Source: Planctomycetota bacterium
GTDB taxonomy: Bacteria; Planctomycetota; UBA1135; UBA2386
Length of the DNA stretch: 64,000 nucleotides
Direction of reading: 5' to 3'
NCBI GenBank assembly: GCA_039029375.1
Contig: JBCCGH010000003.1
Span: 63,375-127,374 of the forward strand
Shown: positions 1 through 14,311 of the stretch, piece after piece
How the letters are laid out: each line of letters begins with the position of its first letter
How positions within the stretch are numbered: position 1 is the stretch's first letter
Notes under the pieces: model-generated
What the model was told of the DNA's origin: nothing
What the model saw: the letters and a program-made list of their open reading frames with translations, nothing else
Databases searched by the model: none
Translations under genes and position numbers: made by a program

Positions 1-236
1 TCGCGGTCGATGGCCCAGGCGGACAAGTCGACCTCCTCGACCTCGAGGCCGCGCTGACGAAGCTCGCCAGTGTGAGTGAGCGCTACGTGCGAATCCTCGA
101 GCTGCGCTACTTCGGCGGGATGAGCCTCGACGAGGTCGCGAACACGCTCGGGGTCGGTAGAACGCTCGTCGTCTACGAGTGGAGCCTAGCCAAAGCGTGG
201 CTCGCCACCGAACTCGCAGACTTGGGCACGCCGTAA
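1..236 (+). CDS. ECF-type sigma-70 factor, C-terminal fragment (gene begins upstream of window)
   Basis: Frame-3 translation reads ...ILELRYFGGMSLDEVANTLGVGRTLVVYEWSLAKAWLATELADLGTP, with stop TAA at 234-236. This is a region-4 HTH with the same ...W..A.AWL tail as the sigma at 36146-36673. Confidence 0.75.
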   Translation, partial: AVDGPGGQVDLLDLEAALTKLASVSERYVRILELRYFGGMSLDEVANTLGVGRTLVVYEWSLAKAWLATELADLGTP

Positions 237-598
237 GGCCGCGCCACGCACATCATCGAGCCGGGGTCGTCGAGATCGTCGACCACTCGCGCCGGGAGAC
301 CTGGTTGACCGCGAAGCGGCACGGCCAGTGGGCCGCAGGCTTTCACCCCGCGGGGTGACCGAGACCGACTTCGCGGCGCTGACGGGGCTGCAAGCCGACA
401 GGCGACAGCTTGGAACTGCCGGTGGAAGCGGAGTCTCGCACCTTGACATGAGCCCCGGGGTCACGAGCCCTTTCGCAGGACGGCAATATGCTCCATCTCT
501 TTCTTGGAAATCAGCGACCGCGATCCGTGCGGCTGATGCGGAGTCGGGTGGCAGCGGGATTCCCCCGCCTCTCCGTTTCAAACCCAACCCGGATTCCA

Positions 599-1435
599 AT
601 GAAACTCCAACTCGTTCCAGTTCTGGCCCTCTTGCTTCCGGCGCTGCCGCTCGCGGGGCAGTCGATCTCGACGAACAAGTCCGACTACGTCGTCGGCGAG
701 CACGTCGCCGTCTCATTCACAGGTTCGACGTCGCCACGCGATTGGGTCGGCATCTTCCCCACCGGCGCCCCCCATGCGCCGGGTCATGTCTACTGGCGAT
801 ACACGAATGGGACGACGAGCGCGACTGCCTCGGTGGTCCCGGGCGGGACGATTCGCTTCCTGCCATTCAGCGTCCCACAGGGCTATTACGACGTCCGTCT
901 CTACGCCGACGATGGGTACGCCGAACTCGCCAGAACGACCATCCATGTCGTGTCTGGCGCGGAATCCCCGGTCCCGCCGCCTGTGGCCGACCTGACCGTC
1001 ATGACGTTCAACATTTGGCGCGGCGCGACCCTCGGAGGAGGAGGAGCCGGAGAGCAGGCTGTCGTGGACGCGATCGCGAAGGCGGGCGCGGACGTGATCG
1101 CCCTGCAGGAAGTCAACGACGCGACGCAGCTCCAGACGTTGGCCGCGCTACTGCGCGCGAAGCCCGGCTACAGCGGGCTTCACGTCTCCAGCGAAGCCGA
1201 TGTTCTCAGCCGGTTCCCGATCGTCGACACCTACACCGCCGGCCTGGCGGGCTACGGCGTCAAGATCGAGTTGTCGCCCGGCTCGCACATCCGGTTCTTC
1301 AACAGCCACCTCACGCACACTTCCTACGGCCCCTACACCGTCCGCGATGGCGGCACGGTGGCTCAGGCCCTCGCGGGTGAGGGAAGCACCCGTCTCCCTG
1401 AAATCCAGGCAATCTTGTCGATATTGGTCGACTAG
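599..1435 (+). CDS. Secreted endonuclease/exonuclease/phosphatase (EEP) family protein, N-terminal half, ended by an in-frame TAG
   Basis: Signal peptide MKLQLVPVLALLLPALPLAGQ begins at ATG 599. EEP-type strands are LTVMTFNIW and ADVIALQEV. The ORF stops at TAG 1433-1435, in the same frame as the next ORF. Confidence 0.7.
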   Translation: MKLQLVPVLALLLPALPLAGQSISTNKSDYVVGEHVAVSFTGSTSPRDWVGIFPTGAPHAPGHVYWRYTNGTTSATASVVPGGTIRFLPFSVPQGYYDVRLYADDGYAELARTTIHVVSGAESPVPPPVADLTVMTFNIWRGATLGGGGAGEQAVVDAIAKAGADVIALQEVNDATQLQTLAALLRAKPGYSGLHVSSEADVLSRFPIVDTYTAGLAGYGVKIELSPGSHIRFFNSHLTHTSYGPYTVRDGGTVAQALAGEGSTRLPEIQAILSILVD

Positions 1436-1441
1436 CCCGCG

Positions 1442-3259
1442 ATGGAGCCCGGCCTGCCGACGTTCCTGGCCGGCGACCACAACTGCCCGTCGCATCTGGA
1501 CTGGGTTGCCGCGAATGCCAACCAGAACTTTGGCGTGTCGGTGCCATGGCCCGTCTCGATGGCTCTCGAAGCCGCGGGTTTCAGGGACATGTACCGCGAG
1601 GTCCACAGCGACCCCTCCCAAGAGCGCGGCTTCACGTGGAGCCCCGGCTACCCCAAGGGAAGACTCGAGTTGGATGAAGTCCACGATCGCATCGACATGA
1701 TCTACTTCCGACCAGGCGGCGGGCAGCCCTACTCGGCCATCCAGGCCTACACGATGGACGAGAGCCCGTGGCCGAGCGATCACGGTGCCGTCGTGGCCAG
1801 TGTGCTCGCCGCAAGCCAAACCGCATCTGAGTGCCCAGTCTTCCTAACGGCGGTGCACACGCCTCACGGCAGTTCCGGTTGGGGCGGCACGCAAACCAGG
1901 ATGGTCGACGTCAATGGCGACAAAAACGTCGACTATGTGTTCCCTAGCGACAACAACATCTGGGTGAGGCTGTCCAACGGCGACGGGACCTTCCAAGGCG
2001 TCATCAGCAACCCCCACGGGGGCACGGGTTGGGCCGGCTCAGAAGCCAGGATGGCCGACGTCAGCGGTGACGGGAACGCCGACTTCGTCTACACCGACGA
2101 CTCGGCCCTCTACGTGCGGATCTCGAACGGTGACGGGACGTTCCAGACCGTCGTTCAAGACGCCCACATCGGTTCGGGCTGGGGCGGCACGGGGGCGATG
2201 CTTGCCGACGTCAATGGCGACGATGACGTCGACTATGTTTACTCCGCGGACCGGGACCTCTGGGTTCGGCTGTCCAACGGCGACGGGACCTTCCAGGCTG
2301 CCATCCAGAACCCGCATGTCGGCTCGCCCTGGAGTGGCACAAACTCGAAGATGGCCGACGTCAACGGCGACAAGAATGCAGACTTCGTCTACACCGGCAG
2401 TGAGGCCCTCTTCGTGCGGCTCTCGAACGGTGACGGGACGTTCCAGACCGTCGTTACAAGCTCCCACGTCGGTTCGGGTTGGGGCGGCACGAGCGTGCGG
2501 CTCGCCGACGTCAATGGCGACAAAAACGTCGACTGGGTGTTCGCCAGCGACGTCGACATCTGGGTGAGGCTGTCGAATGACGACGGGACCTTCCAAAGCG
2601 TCATCCGTAACCCCCACGAGGGCACGGGTTGGTTCGGCCCGGGCACGAAGATGGCCGACGTGAACGGCGATGGGAGTGCAGACTACGTCTACACCGGTCT
2701 CGACACCCTCTACGTTCGGTTGTCCAGCAGTGACGGGACGTTCGCAGCCGCCCACGAATACCCCCACATCGGTTCGGGCTGGAATGACGCCATGATGGCC
2801 GACATCAATGGCGATGGGAGAGCCGACTACGTCCACGCCGGCGATTCCCTCCTGAGCGTGCGCCTGTCGGCGACGGCGGCCGCGCTGCCGTATGGCACGG
2901 GCAAGGCCGGAACCATGGGCATCCCGGTGCTGTCCACCGTCGTGGCGCCCGCGGCGGGAGCGACCGCCGACTTGACCATCACGAACGGTCGCGCCGGCGA
3001 CGTCCCCGTCTTGTTCCTGGGAGCGACCCAGGTCAGTCTGCCGTTCGATGGTGGGACGCTCCTCGTGCAGCCTCTCGTCGTGCTGCCGATGCTGACGTTT
3101 GATTCCACCGGCACGTCGTCGCTGCCGCTGTCCGTTCCCTCTGGATCGTTCTGTGCCAGCCTCTTCTGGCAGGCACTGTTCGTCGACAACGGCAGTGGCG
3201 CGACCGGAGCGCTCAGGACTGCGCAGACCAACGGTCTGCAGTGGTTGATCGGCGGCTGA
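1442..3259 (+). CDS. EEP C-terminal half fused to a 7x FG-GAP/VCBS-like repeat beta-propeller and the shared C-terminal domain
   Basis: It starts two codons after the TAG. It continues the EEP fold (FLAGDHNCPSH ... WPSDHGAVV). Seven repeats of about 50 aa follow (ADVNGDxxxDYVY...WVRLSNGDGTFQ). It ends with the recurrent domain ...LFWQALFVDNG...GLQWLIGG. Confidence 0.8.
   Translation: MEPGLPTFLAGDHNCPSHLDWVAANANQNFGVSVPWPVSMALEAAGFRDMYREVHSDPSQERGFTWSPGYPKGRLELDEVHDRIDMIYFRPGGGQPYSAIQAYTMDESPWPSDHGAVVASVLAASQTASECPVFLTAVHTPHGSSGWGGTQTRMVDVNGDKNVDYVFPSDNNIWVRLSNGDGTFQGVISNPHGGTGWAGSEARMADVSGDGNADFVYTDDSALYVRISNGDGTFQTVVQDAHIGSGWGGTGAMLADVNGDDDVDYVYSADRDLWVRLSNGDGTFQAAIQNPHVGSPWSGTNSKMADVNGDKNADFVYTGSEALFVRLSNGDGTFQTVVTSSHVGSGWGGTSVRLADVNGDKNVDWVFASDVDIWVRLSNDDGTFQSVIRNPHEGTGWFGPGTKMADVNGDGSADYVYTGLDTLYVRLSSSDGTFAAAHEYPHIGSGWNDAMMADINGDGRADYVHAGDSLLSVRLSATAAALPYGTGKAGTMGIPVLSTVVAPAAGATADLTITNGRAGDVPVLFLGATQVSLPFDGGTLLVQPLVVLPMLTFDSTGTSSLPLSVPSGSFCASLFWQALFVDNGSGATGALRTAQTNGLQWLIGG
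1855..2875 (+). repeat. Coding tandem repeat, 7 x ~150 bp, with an alternating two-subtype (~300 bp) higher-order pattern
   Basis: Units 1 and 5 are near-identical at DNA level (gtcaatggcgacaaaaacgtcgact...atctgggtgaggctgtc). Units 2 and 4 are likewise near-identical (gacttcgtctacacc...gtgcggmtctcgaacggtgacgggacgttccagaccgtcgtt). Confidence 0.85.
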
Positions 3260-3319
3260 TCCATCCCGAGCCGTCGGGGCGGAGTACGCTCTCGGCGCCC
3301 GCCGTCGCGCAGCCCCTCC

Positions 3320-4088
3320 GGCTCGGTCACCAAGCCAAGCCGTGGCCAGGGCCCACTCGCGCACGCCAAGCGTGCGCCCGACACACAGGGCCTTGGCCAC
3401 CTCGTCGTCGGCAATCCCCGGCTACGAGGTAGGTTGCACCGTCGCGATCGACAACGACCCAAAGACGAGTCGCAAGCGGCACGCTGCGCCGGGTCAATGC
3501 CCCGCACGAGGCGCTCCCGTGCAGAGAATCTCGGTTGCGACGCCAACCGCCGTGTGGGTGAAGTCGAGCCGCCGCCACTGTGGGCCGCTGGCGGTCACCG
3601 TCGGCACGGTCGCGCTACCGGTCTCGGCGATGAACTCGGACTCCCCGACCAGCGGCGTCGCGCCGCAGGCCAGCCCGCCGGTGGGCTCGACGTGGAGCAC
3701 GCCCTGCACCAACCCTGATGCGGTCGCGGTTGAAACCGACATCAGGTAGCCCCCGCTTAACTTGGCGGCCAAGTTGAGCGGCGGGTTCGGACGCCGGAAT
3801 GACGGCTGCAAATCGTTCAAACGCCCATTCCAGAGCGGTGTCCGGACCGTACTTGAGCAGTCGCGCGCGGCGATAGCCCCCGCCCAGCAGTGAGCTGCCG
3901 CTGACGGCGAAGCCGCCGTCCAAGGTCCGGGTCGCCTTGGTCGCCGACACCGGGAACGTGCGTGCGATCGGGCCCTGCGGCACTCCGCCGCCGCCGAACT
4001 CGAGGAGCACCGGAAACAGATCGTTGAGGTGGCCTGACGACTTCTTAGCTCGACAGGGTTGCGCAGAGTGTGATGGTTGTCGAGCCAT
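3320..4088 (-). pseudogene. Unresolved minus-strand coding region needing at least 2 frame changes; the 3' part resembles ECF sigma region 4
   Basis: High third-position GC supports coding in frame A (about 4050-3780: LNDLFPVLLEFGGGGVPQGPIARTFPVSATKATRTLDGGF...). It then supports frame B (3740-3530: MSVSTATASGLVQGVLHVEPTGGLACG...). The segment 3416-3332 reads IADDEVAKALCVGRTLGVREWALATAWL, like the sigma tail at 102-236. It is preceded in another frame by ...ATYLVAG, across a GGGG run at 3416-3419. Confidence 0.3.
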
Positions 4089-4188
4089 GCGCGGGAGCAA
4101 CCACGCACTTTTTCTCCCCAAACTTGGCAGACCCGGCTCCGGCCTTTCGCTTTAGGGCTCCGTCAAACCAGGAGCCCGCGACCACGCC

Positions 4189-5871
4189 ATGCGACGATTC
4201 TTGATCCTGGCAGCGCTGCTGCCCGCTGCCTGCGCCGTGCCCACCCAGAGTGCCGCTGACGCCGACCGCACCGCGGCGGCGCCGGCCAACCTCTTCCCCG
4301 GCCTGGAGGGCGCGCACCGGCGGATCGCGGCGACCGCGGCCGCGCAGCCGTGGTTCGACCAAGGACTGATCCTCACCTACGGCTTCAACCACGACGAGGC
4401 CGTCCGGTCCTTCCAGGCCGCCGCGGCGAAGGACGCCACCTGCGCCATGGCGGCCTGGGGCGAGGCGTACGCACTGGGCCCCAACATCAACCTGCCGATG
4501 GAGGATCCCGAAGTCGCGGCCCAAGCCCACGCCGCCGCACAGCGGGCCTACGACCTGCGGCAACACGAGTCGGACGCCAATCGCGCGCTGATCGAGGCGC
4601 TGGTGCACCGCTACGACGCCGAGGCACCCGCCGAGCGCGCGCACCTGGACCAGGCCTACGCCGAGGCCATGCGCGACGTCTGGCAGCAGTTCCCCCGCGA
4701 TCCCGACGTCGGCGCGCTCTACGCCGAATCCCTGCTCGACCTACACCCATGGGAGACCTGGACCAAAGACGGCCAGCCCATGGACAACATCCTCGAGGTG
4801 CGCGCCGTGCTCGAGCGCGTGATGGAGCTCGCCGAGGACCACCCGCTGGCGAACCACCTCTACATCCACGCGATGGAGGCCTCGCCGTGGCCGGAGCTGG
4901 CCGAGCCGTCGGCCGACCGGCTGCGCGCCATGTTCCCTGGCGCCGGACACCTCGTGCACATGCCGGCGCACATCTACATCAACGTTGGCCGCTACCGCGA
5001 CGCCGAAGAGGCCAACCGCCTGGCGATCGGCGCCGACCGCGCTTACTTCGACAAGGTCGGGCCGCAGGGGATCTACGAGTTCTACCGCGCCCACAACCAC
5101 CACTTCCGCGTCTACGCCGCGATGTTCGGCGGCCGTCGGGACGTCGCCGTGCAGTCGGCCCGCGATCTGGTCGCCGACCTGCCGCCGTCGCTGCTCGAAG
5201 GCATGCCGGGGCTCGTCGACGGCTTCTTGGCCGTGCCGCTCCACGCCATGATCCGTTTCGGACAATGGCAAGACGTGCTCGACGAGCCGTATCCCGAGGG
5301 TGAGTATCCAATCGCGCAGGCGTTGTGGCACTACGCCCACGGCATTGCCTTGGCCGCCACGGGCAAAGTCGACGACGCGCGCGCCGCGCAGGCCAAGTTT
5401 GCGGCCGCCGCCGACGCGGTGCCGGAAGACGCGGTCATCGGCATCAACCCCGCACCGCCGGTGATCGAGGTCGCCCGGCACATGCTCGCCGGCGAGATCC
5501 TCTACCGGGCTGGCGATTTCGACGCGGCCTTTGACGAGCTCAACGAGGCCGTGCGCCGCGAGGACGCGCTGCGCTACGACGAGCCGTCGCCGTGGATGCA
5601 GCCCGTGCGCCACGCGCTCGGCGCGCTCCTGCTCGAGCAGCACCGCATCGCCGAGGCCGAGGCCGTCTACCAAGAGGACCTCGAGCGGCACCGCGAGAAT
5701 GGCTGGGCGCTGCATGGCTTGGCCGAGTGCCGGCGCCAGCGCGGCGCCGACGCCGAGGCCGAGGCCCTCGAGGCGCGCTACCGCCGCGCGTTTGCGGCGG
5801 CCGACATCGACCTGGCCGCGTCGTGCTTCTGCCGCGTGGCGGCGGGCGCGGCGGCGCCGGCCTGTGAATGA
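4189..5871 (+). CDS. TPR-like helical-repeat lipoprotein of unknown function
   Basis: The signal peptide has a lipobox-like MRRFLILAALLPAAC. The protein is long and helical and Ala/Leu-rich, with TPR-like segments (FNHDEAVRSFQAAAAKDATCAMAAWGEAY ...ILYRAGDFDAAFDELNEAV). Confidence 0.6.
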   Translation: MRRFLILAALLPAACAVPTQSAADADRTAAAPANLFPGLEGAHRRIAATAAAQPWFDQGLILTYGFNHDEAVRSFQAAAAKDATCAMAAWGEAYALGPNINLPMEDPEVAAQAHAAAQRAYDLRQHESDANRALIEALVHRYDAEAPAERAHLDQAYAEAMRDVWQQFPRDPDVGALYAESLLDLHPWETWTKDGQPMDNILEVRAVLERVMELAEDHPLANHLYIHAMEASPWPELAEPSADRLRAMFPGAGHLVHMPAHIYINVGRYRDAEEANRLAIGADRAYFDKVGPQGIYEFYRAHNHHFRVYAAMFGGRRDVAVQSARDLVADLPPSLLEGMPGLVDGFLAVPLHAMIRFGQWQDVLDEPYPEGEYPIAQALWHYAHGIALAATGKVDDARAAQAKFAAAADAVPEDAVIGINPAPPVIEVARHMLAGEILYRAGDFDAAFDELNEAVRREDALRYDEPSPWMQPVRHALGALLLEQHRIAEAEAVYQEDLERHRENGWALHGLAECRRQRGADAEAEALEARYRRAFAAADIDLAASCFCRVAAGAAAPACE

Positions 5872-5903
5872 GGGGGCCTGTGAGTGCGGGGCGCGCGCTC
5901 AGC

Positions 5904-10528
<4,625 letters not shown>

Positions 10529-10532
<4 letters not shown>

Positions 10533-13500
10533 GCGTCGCGCTCCGGATCGGCACCGCCGGGACGTCCTCTGCCGCCGCTCCGCACGCGCCGCTCACGGCG
10601 GCGTCGCATCGACTCGCGCCGGCTCTTGGCGTCCTCACGGCGCGCCTCGGCTTCCTTCGCGCGCACCTCGGCCGACGCTCCGCTGCCGGCGTCGCCCAGG
10701 GCCTCGGCGAGCGCCCGGACCGTCGGATGGCGAAACAGCTGCACCATGGAGAGCGAGCGGCCCAGCGCGGTCTCAAGCTCACCGCGCAGGCGGACCATCA
10801 GCAGCGAGTTGCCGCCCAGCTCGAAGAAGTTGTCGTCGATCCCGACTTGCTCGGCGCCCAGCGCCTTGGCCCAGAGCGTGGCGATCTGCTGCTCCAGCTC
10901 GGTGCTCGGCGGCGCGCGGTCGCCGGCGCTCGCGGTCGCGGACTCGGTGGGCGCCGGTAGCGCCGCGCGATCGATCTTGCCGTTGCGGGTCAAAGGGAAC
11001 GACTCCAGGAAGACAAACGAGGCGGGGATCATGTAGTCCGGCAACCGCTCGGCGCAGAACGCGCGGAGCTCTGCCGGCGACACCGCCGAGGACTCGGCGG
11101 CGGCGATGCAGTAGCCGACGAGGCGCTGCTCGCCCGGCACGTCGCCGCGCAACAACACCAGGGACTCGCGCACGGCGTCGTGCCGGCGCATCACCGCCTC
11201 GATCTCGCCCAGCTCGATGCGGAAGCCGCGGACCTTCACTTGATGGTCGATGCGGCCGAGGAATTCGATCTGACCGTCGGGCCGCCAGCGGACCAAGTCG
11301 CCGGTCCGGTAGAGCTTGGCCGTCGAGTCCGACGCGAACGGGTGCGACACAAAGCGCTCGGCGGTCAGGTCCGGCCGCCGGTGGTAGCCGCGCGCGAGAC
11401 TGTCGCCGCCCACCCACAGCTCGCCGGGAACGCCGACGGGCACGGGCTCGCCGCGCGGGTCGACGATGTAGACCTGCACGTTGTCGATCGGCCGGCCGAT
11501 CGGTGGCGCGCTGCCCGCGCTCGCCTCGGCGGCGCCGCCAGGCGGCACGGTCGTGCTCGTCGACACCACCGAGCTCTCGCTGGGGCCATAGTGATTGATC
11601 AGCTCGTAGGGCAAGTCGGCCGGGGGCGGCCGATGCAGCTTGTCGCCGCCAGTCAGCATGGCCCGCAGCGACAACCCGGATGGCTGCGGCAGCTGCAGGA
11701 CCAGCTCGGCGAGCGGCGTCGGCAGGAAGCACACGGTCACCCGTTCGGCGGCGAGCCAGGCCAGCAACGCCTCGGGCGCCGCGCGGGTCTCTTCGTCGGG
11801 CAGGCGCACACTGGCGCCGGCGGTGAAGTACGGCCACAGCTCCCACACCGACGCGTCGAAGGCGAGACCCGCCACCTGCGTGGCGCGGTCGGCCGCGGTG
11901 ACGGAGTACACCCGCTGGTGCCAAGCGACCAGGTTCATGAGCCCACGGTGCGGGATCTGCACGCCCTTGGGCCGGCCGGTCGAGCCCGACGTGAAGATCA
12001 CGTAGGCGAGGTGCTCGGCGCTGGTGACAAGCTCGGGGTCGCCGTCGCCCTGCCCGCTCCAGGCGGCGGCGTCGCGGTCCACCACCAGGACCTGGGCACG
12101 GGTCGTCTGTGGCAACCGCGGCAGCACGCTCTCCTGCGTCAGCAACACCGGCACCTCGGCGTCCTCCAGCATCATCGCCTGGCGCTCGGCGGGGTTGCCG
12201 GGGTCGAGCGGCACGTACGCGCCCCCCGCCTTCAAGATCGCCAGCAGCGCCGTCACCATCTCGAGCGTGCGTTCCATGCACACCGCGACAAGCACGTCCG
12301 GCCCGACGCCCAAAGAGCGGAGATGGTGGGCGAGGCGGTTGGCGTCTCGGTTCCACTCGGCGTAGCTGATGCTGCCCGCCGGCGACGCCACCGCCAACGC
12401 GTCCGGTGTCGCCGCCACCTGCGCCTCGACCAGCTGCTGCACGCACACATCGCGTGGAAACGCGCGGTCGGTGGCGTTCCACTCGACCAGCACCTGGCGC
12501 CGTTCGGCGTCGGTCAGCAGCGGCAGGCTCGCGATCGACTGATCCGGGTCCGCGGCGATGCCGCGCAGCAGCTGCTCGTAGTGACCGAGGATGCGATCGA
12601 TCGTCGAGGGATCGAAAAGGTCTGCCGAATACTCGATGGCCGACTCCATGCCGCCACCGGCCGCATCGTCCAAACGCCATAGGAAGAGCGCCAGGTCGAC
12701 CTTCGTCGTGCCACTGTGGACATCCCACGGCTCCAACACGCGCGCCGGCTCGAGGCCGGGGAGCTGTAGCTTGGGCCGCGGTTCGGCCGGCAGGTCGAAC
12801 ATCACCTGAAACAGCGGGTTGACGCTCTGGTCGCGCTCGGGTCGCAGCGCGTCGACGACGAGCTCGAACGGCACGTCGCTGTTGTCGTAGGCGGCGAGCG
12901 ACACGTCGCGCATCCGGCGCAGCAGCTCGCGAAACGTCGGCGCCCCCGAGAGGTCGGCGCGCAGCACGATGGTGTTGACGAAGAAACCGATCAGCCCCGT
13001 CAGCTCGGCGCGATCCCGCCGCGCGATCGGCGAGCCGATCGGTAGGTCTTCTTGGTCGCCGTAGCGCGACAACAGCGCCGCGAACGCGGCGAGGAACAGC
13101 ATGAACGGCGTGGCACCCTCGCGCTGCGCCAGCTCGATCAGCGGCTGGGTGAGCGAGGCATCGAGGCGGTGGTGGGCGAAGCCGCCGCGCAGGCTGGGCT
13201 GCGCCTGCCGCGGTCGATCGAGGGGCAGCTGGACCGTCGGCAGCGGGCCGCGCAGCTGCTCCCGCCAAAAACCCAGCTGGCGCTGGACGTCGGCGCCCTC
13301 GACCCAGCCGCGCTGCCACGCGGCGTAGTCCGCGTATTGGATCGGCAGTTCAGCCAGCGAGCGCCCGCCCGCCTCGACGCCGACCCGCGGGCCGTAGTCG
13401 GCGGCGAGCTCGTCAAACAACACGCCGAGCGCCGCGGCCTCGGAGATGGAGTGATGCATGCACACCCACAGGACGTGCTCGCGGTCCTGGAGGCGAAACA

Positions 13501-13984
13501 GCGTGGCGCGCCACAACGGCCCCTGCGCCAGGTCGAACGGCCGTTGGGCGTCGTCTTGGACGGCGGCCCGCACGCGCTCCCAGCGGCTGGCCGCCGGCTC
13601 GGCGCCAAGATCGACGACGGGCAGCGATGGTGCGGCCACGGCCTCCGCGGCGGCGATCACCTGCACCGGGTGGCCGTCGCGCACGGCCAGCGTCGTGCGT
13701 AGCACGTCGTGCCGCGCCACCACCGTCGCGAGCGCGGCGCGCAGGGCCGCGACGTCGAGGGGGCCTCGCAGCGGCACGGCGCCGGGCACGTTGAAGACCG
13801 GCGTGCCGGCCGCCATCTGCTCCAAAAACCAAACGCGCTCCTGGGCATACGAGAGCGGTGCCGGACCGGGATCCGCGCGCTTTGGGATGCGCGTCTCGGT
13901 TGCCGGCAGGCCCTCCTTGCCGAGGAGCGATTGCAGCAGCTGCCGCTTCTTCGCGGATAGCTGAAGCTTCGACGGGCGTGCCAT
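10529..13984 (-). CDS. Nonribosomal peptide synthetase module, C-A-T
   Basis: The C domain has the variant core MHHSISEAAA, where HHxxxDG is expected. A-domain cores: LAYVIFTSGSTGRPKGV, NHYGPSE, GELWVGGDSLARGY, YRTGDLVRW, VKVRGFRIELGEIE, NGKIDR. T domain: FFELGGNSL. The start taken is ATG 13984 (MARPSKLQL...); 14014 is an alternative. Confidence 0.95.
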
Positions 13985-14311
13985 GGTGGGAAAGAAGCAT
14001 CGATAAGGTAGCACGGGGGTGCCGACCCGCGACCTTTCCGATCAAACTGCCGGTCTCACCGAGCACTGGCGGGGCGCCCGTTTCGAGGGCGCGCGGCACG
14101 ACCGCCGCGGCGCGCGAATCCCGCGATGCCGCCGGGTTGCCGGGGACGGGGCGCCGGCCGCCCCAGCCTCGGGGCCCGGCGGCTTGAGCGCCCGCCGCGG
14201 GCCGATGGCGCACGGCGCAGAATCCGCCGCCCACGAACCCGTCCTCCCGGCGACATCGCGGGTTTGCCGCCCCTAACGGTCGCCGAATCGGGAGTAGACT
14301 GTCCCAGACGC

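Noticed and set aside
1433-1435. The in-frame TAG as a pyrrolysine or programmed read-through codon.
   Set aside because: No pyl genes or methylamine methyltransferase context are present. TAG is used as an ordinary stop by many genes here. A nonsense mutation or sequencing error is the simpler explanation.
2897-3256. The shared C-terminal domain as a PEP-CTERM, MYXO-CTERM, LPXTG or T9SS (Por_Secre_tail) sorting signal.
   Set aside because: It has no terminal hydrophobic helix with a basic tail and no Cys-rich MYXO motif. No exosortase, sortase or T9SS genes were seen. It is kept as an unnamed domain instead.
10779-13319. An 846-aa minus-strand ORF in an alternative frame of the NRPS gene.
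   Set aside because: It is on the same strand but out of frame with the C-A-T module, whose core motifs are all in the other frame. The composition is dominated by Arg, Ala, Pro and Gly.
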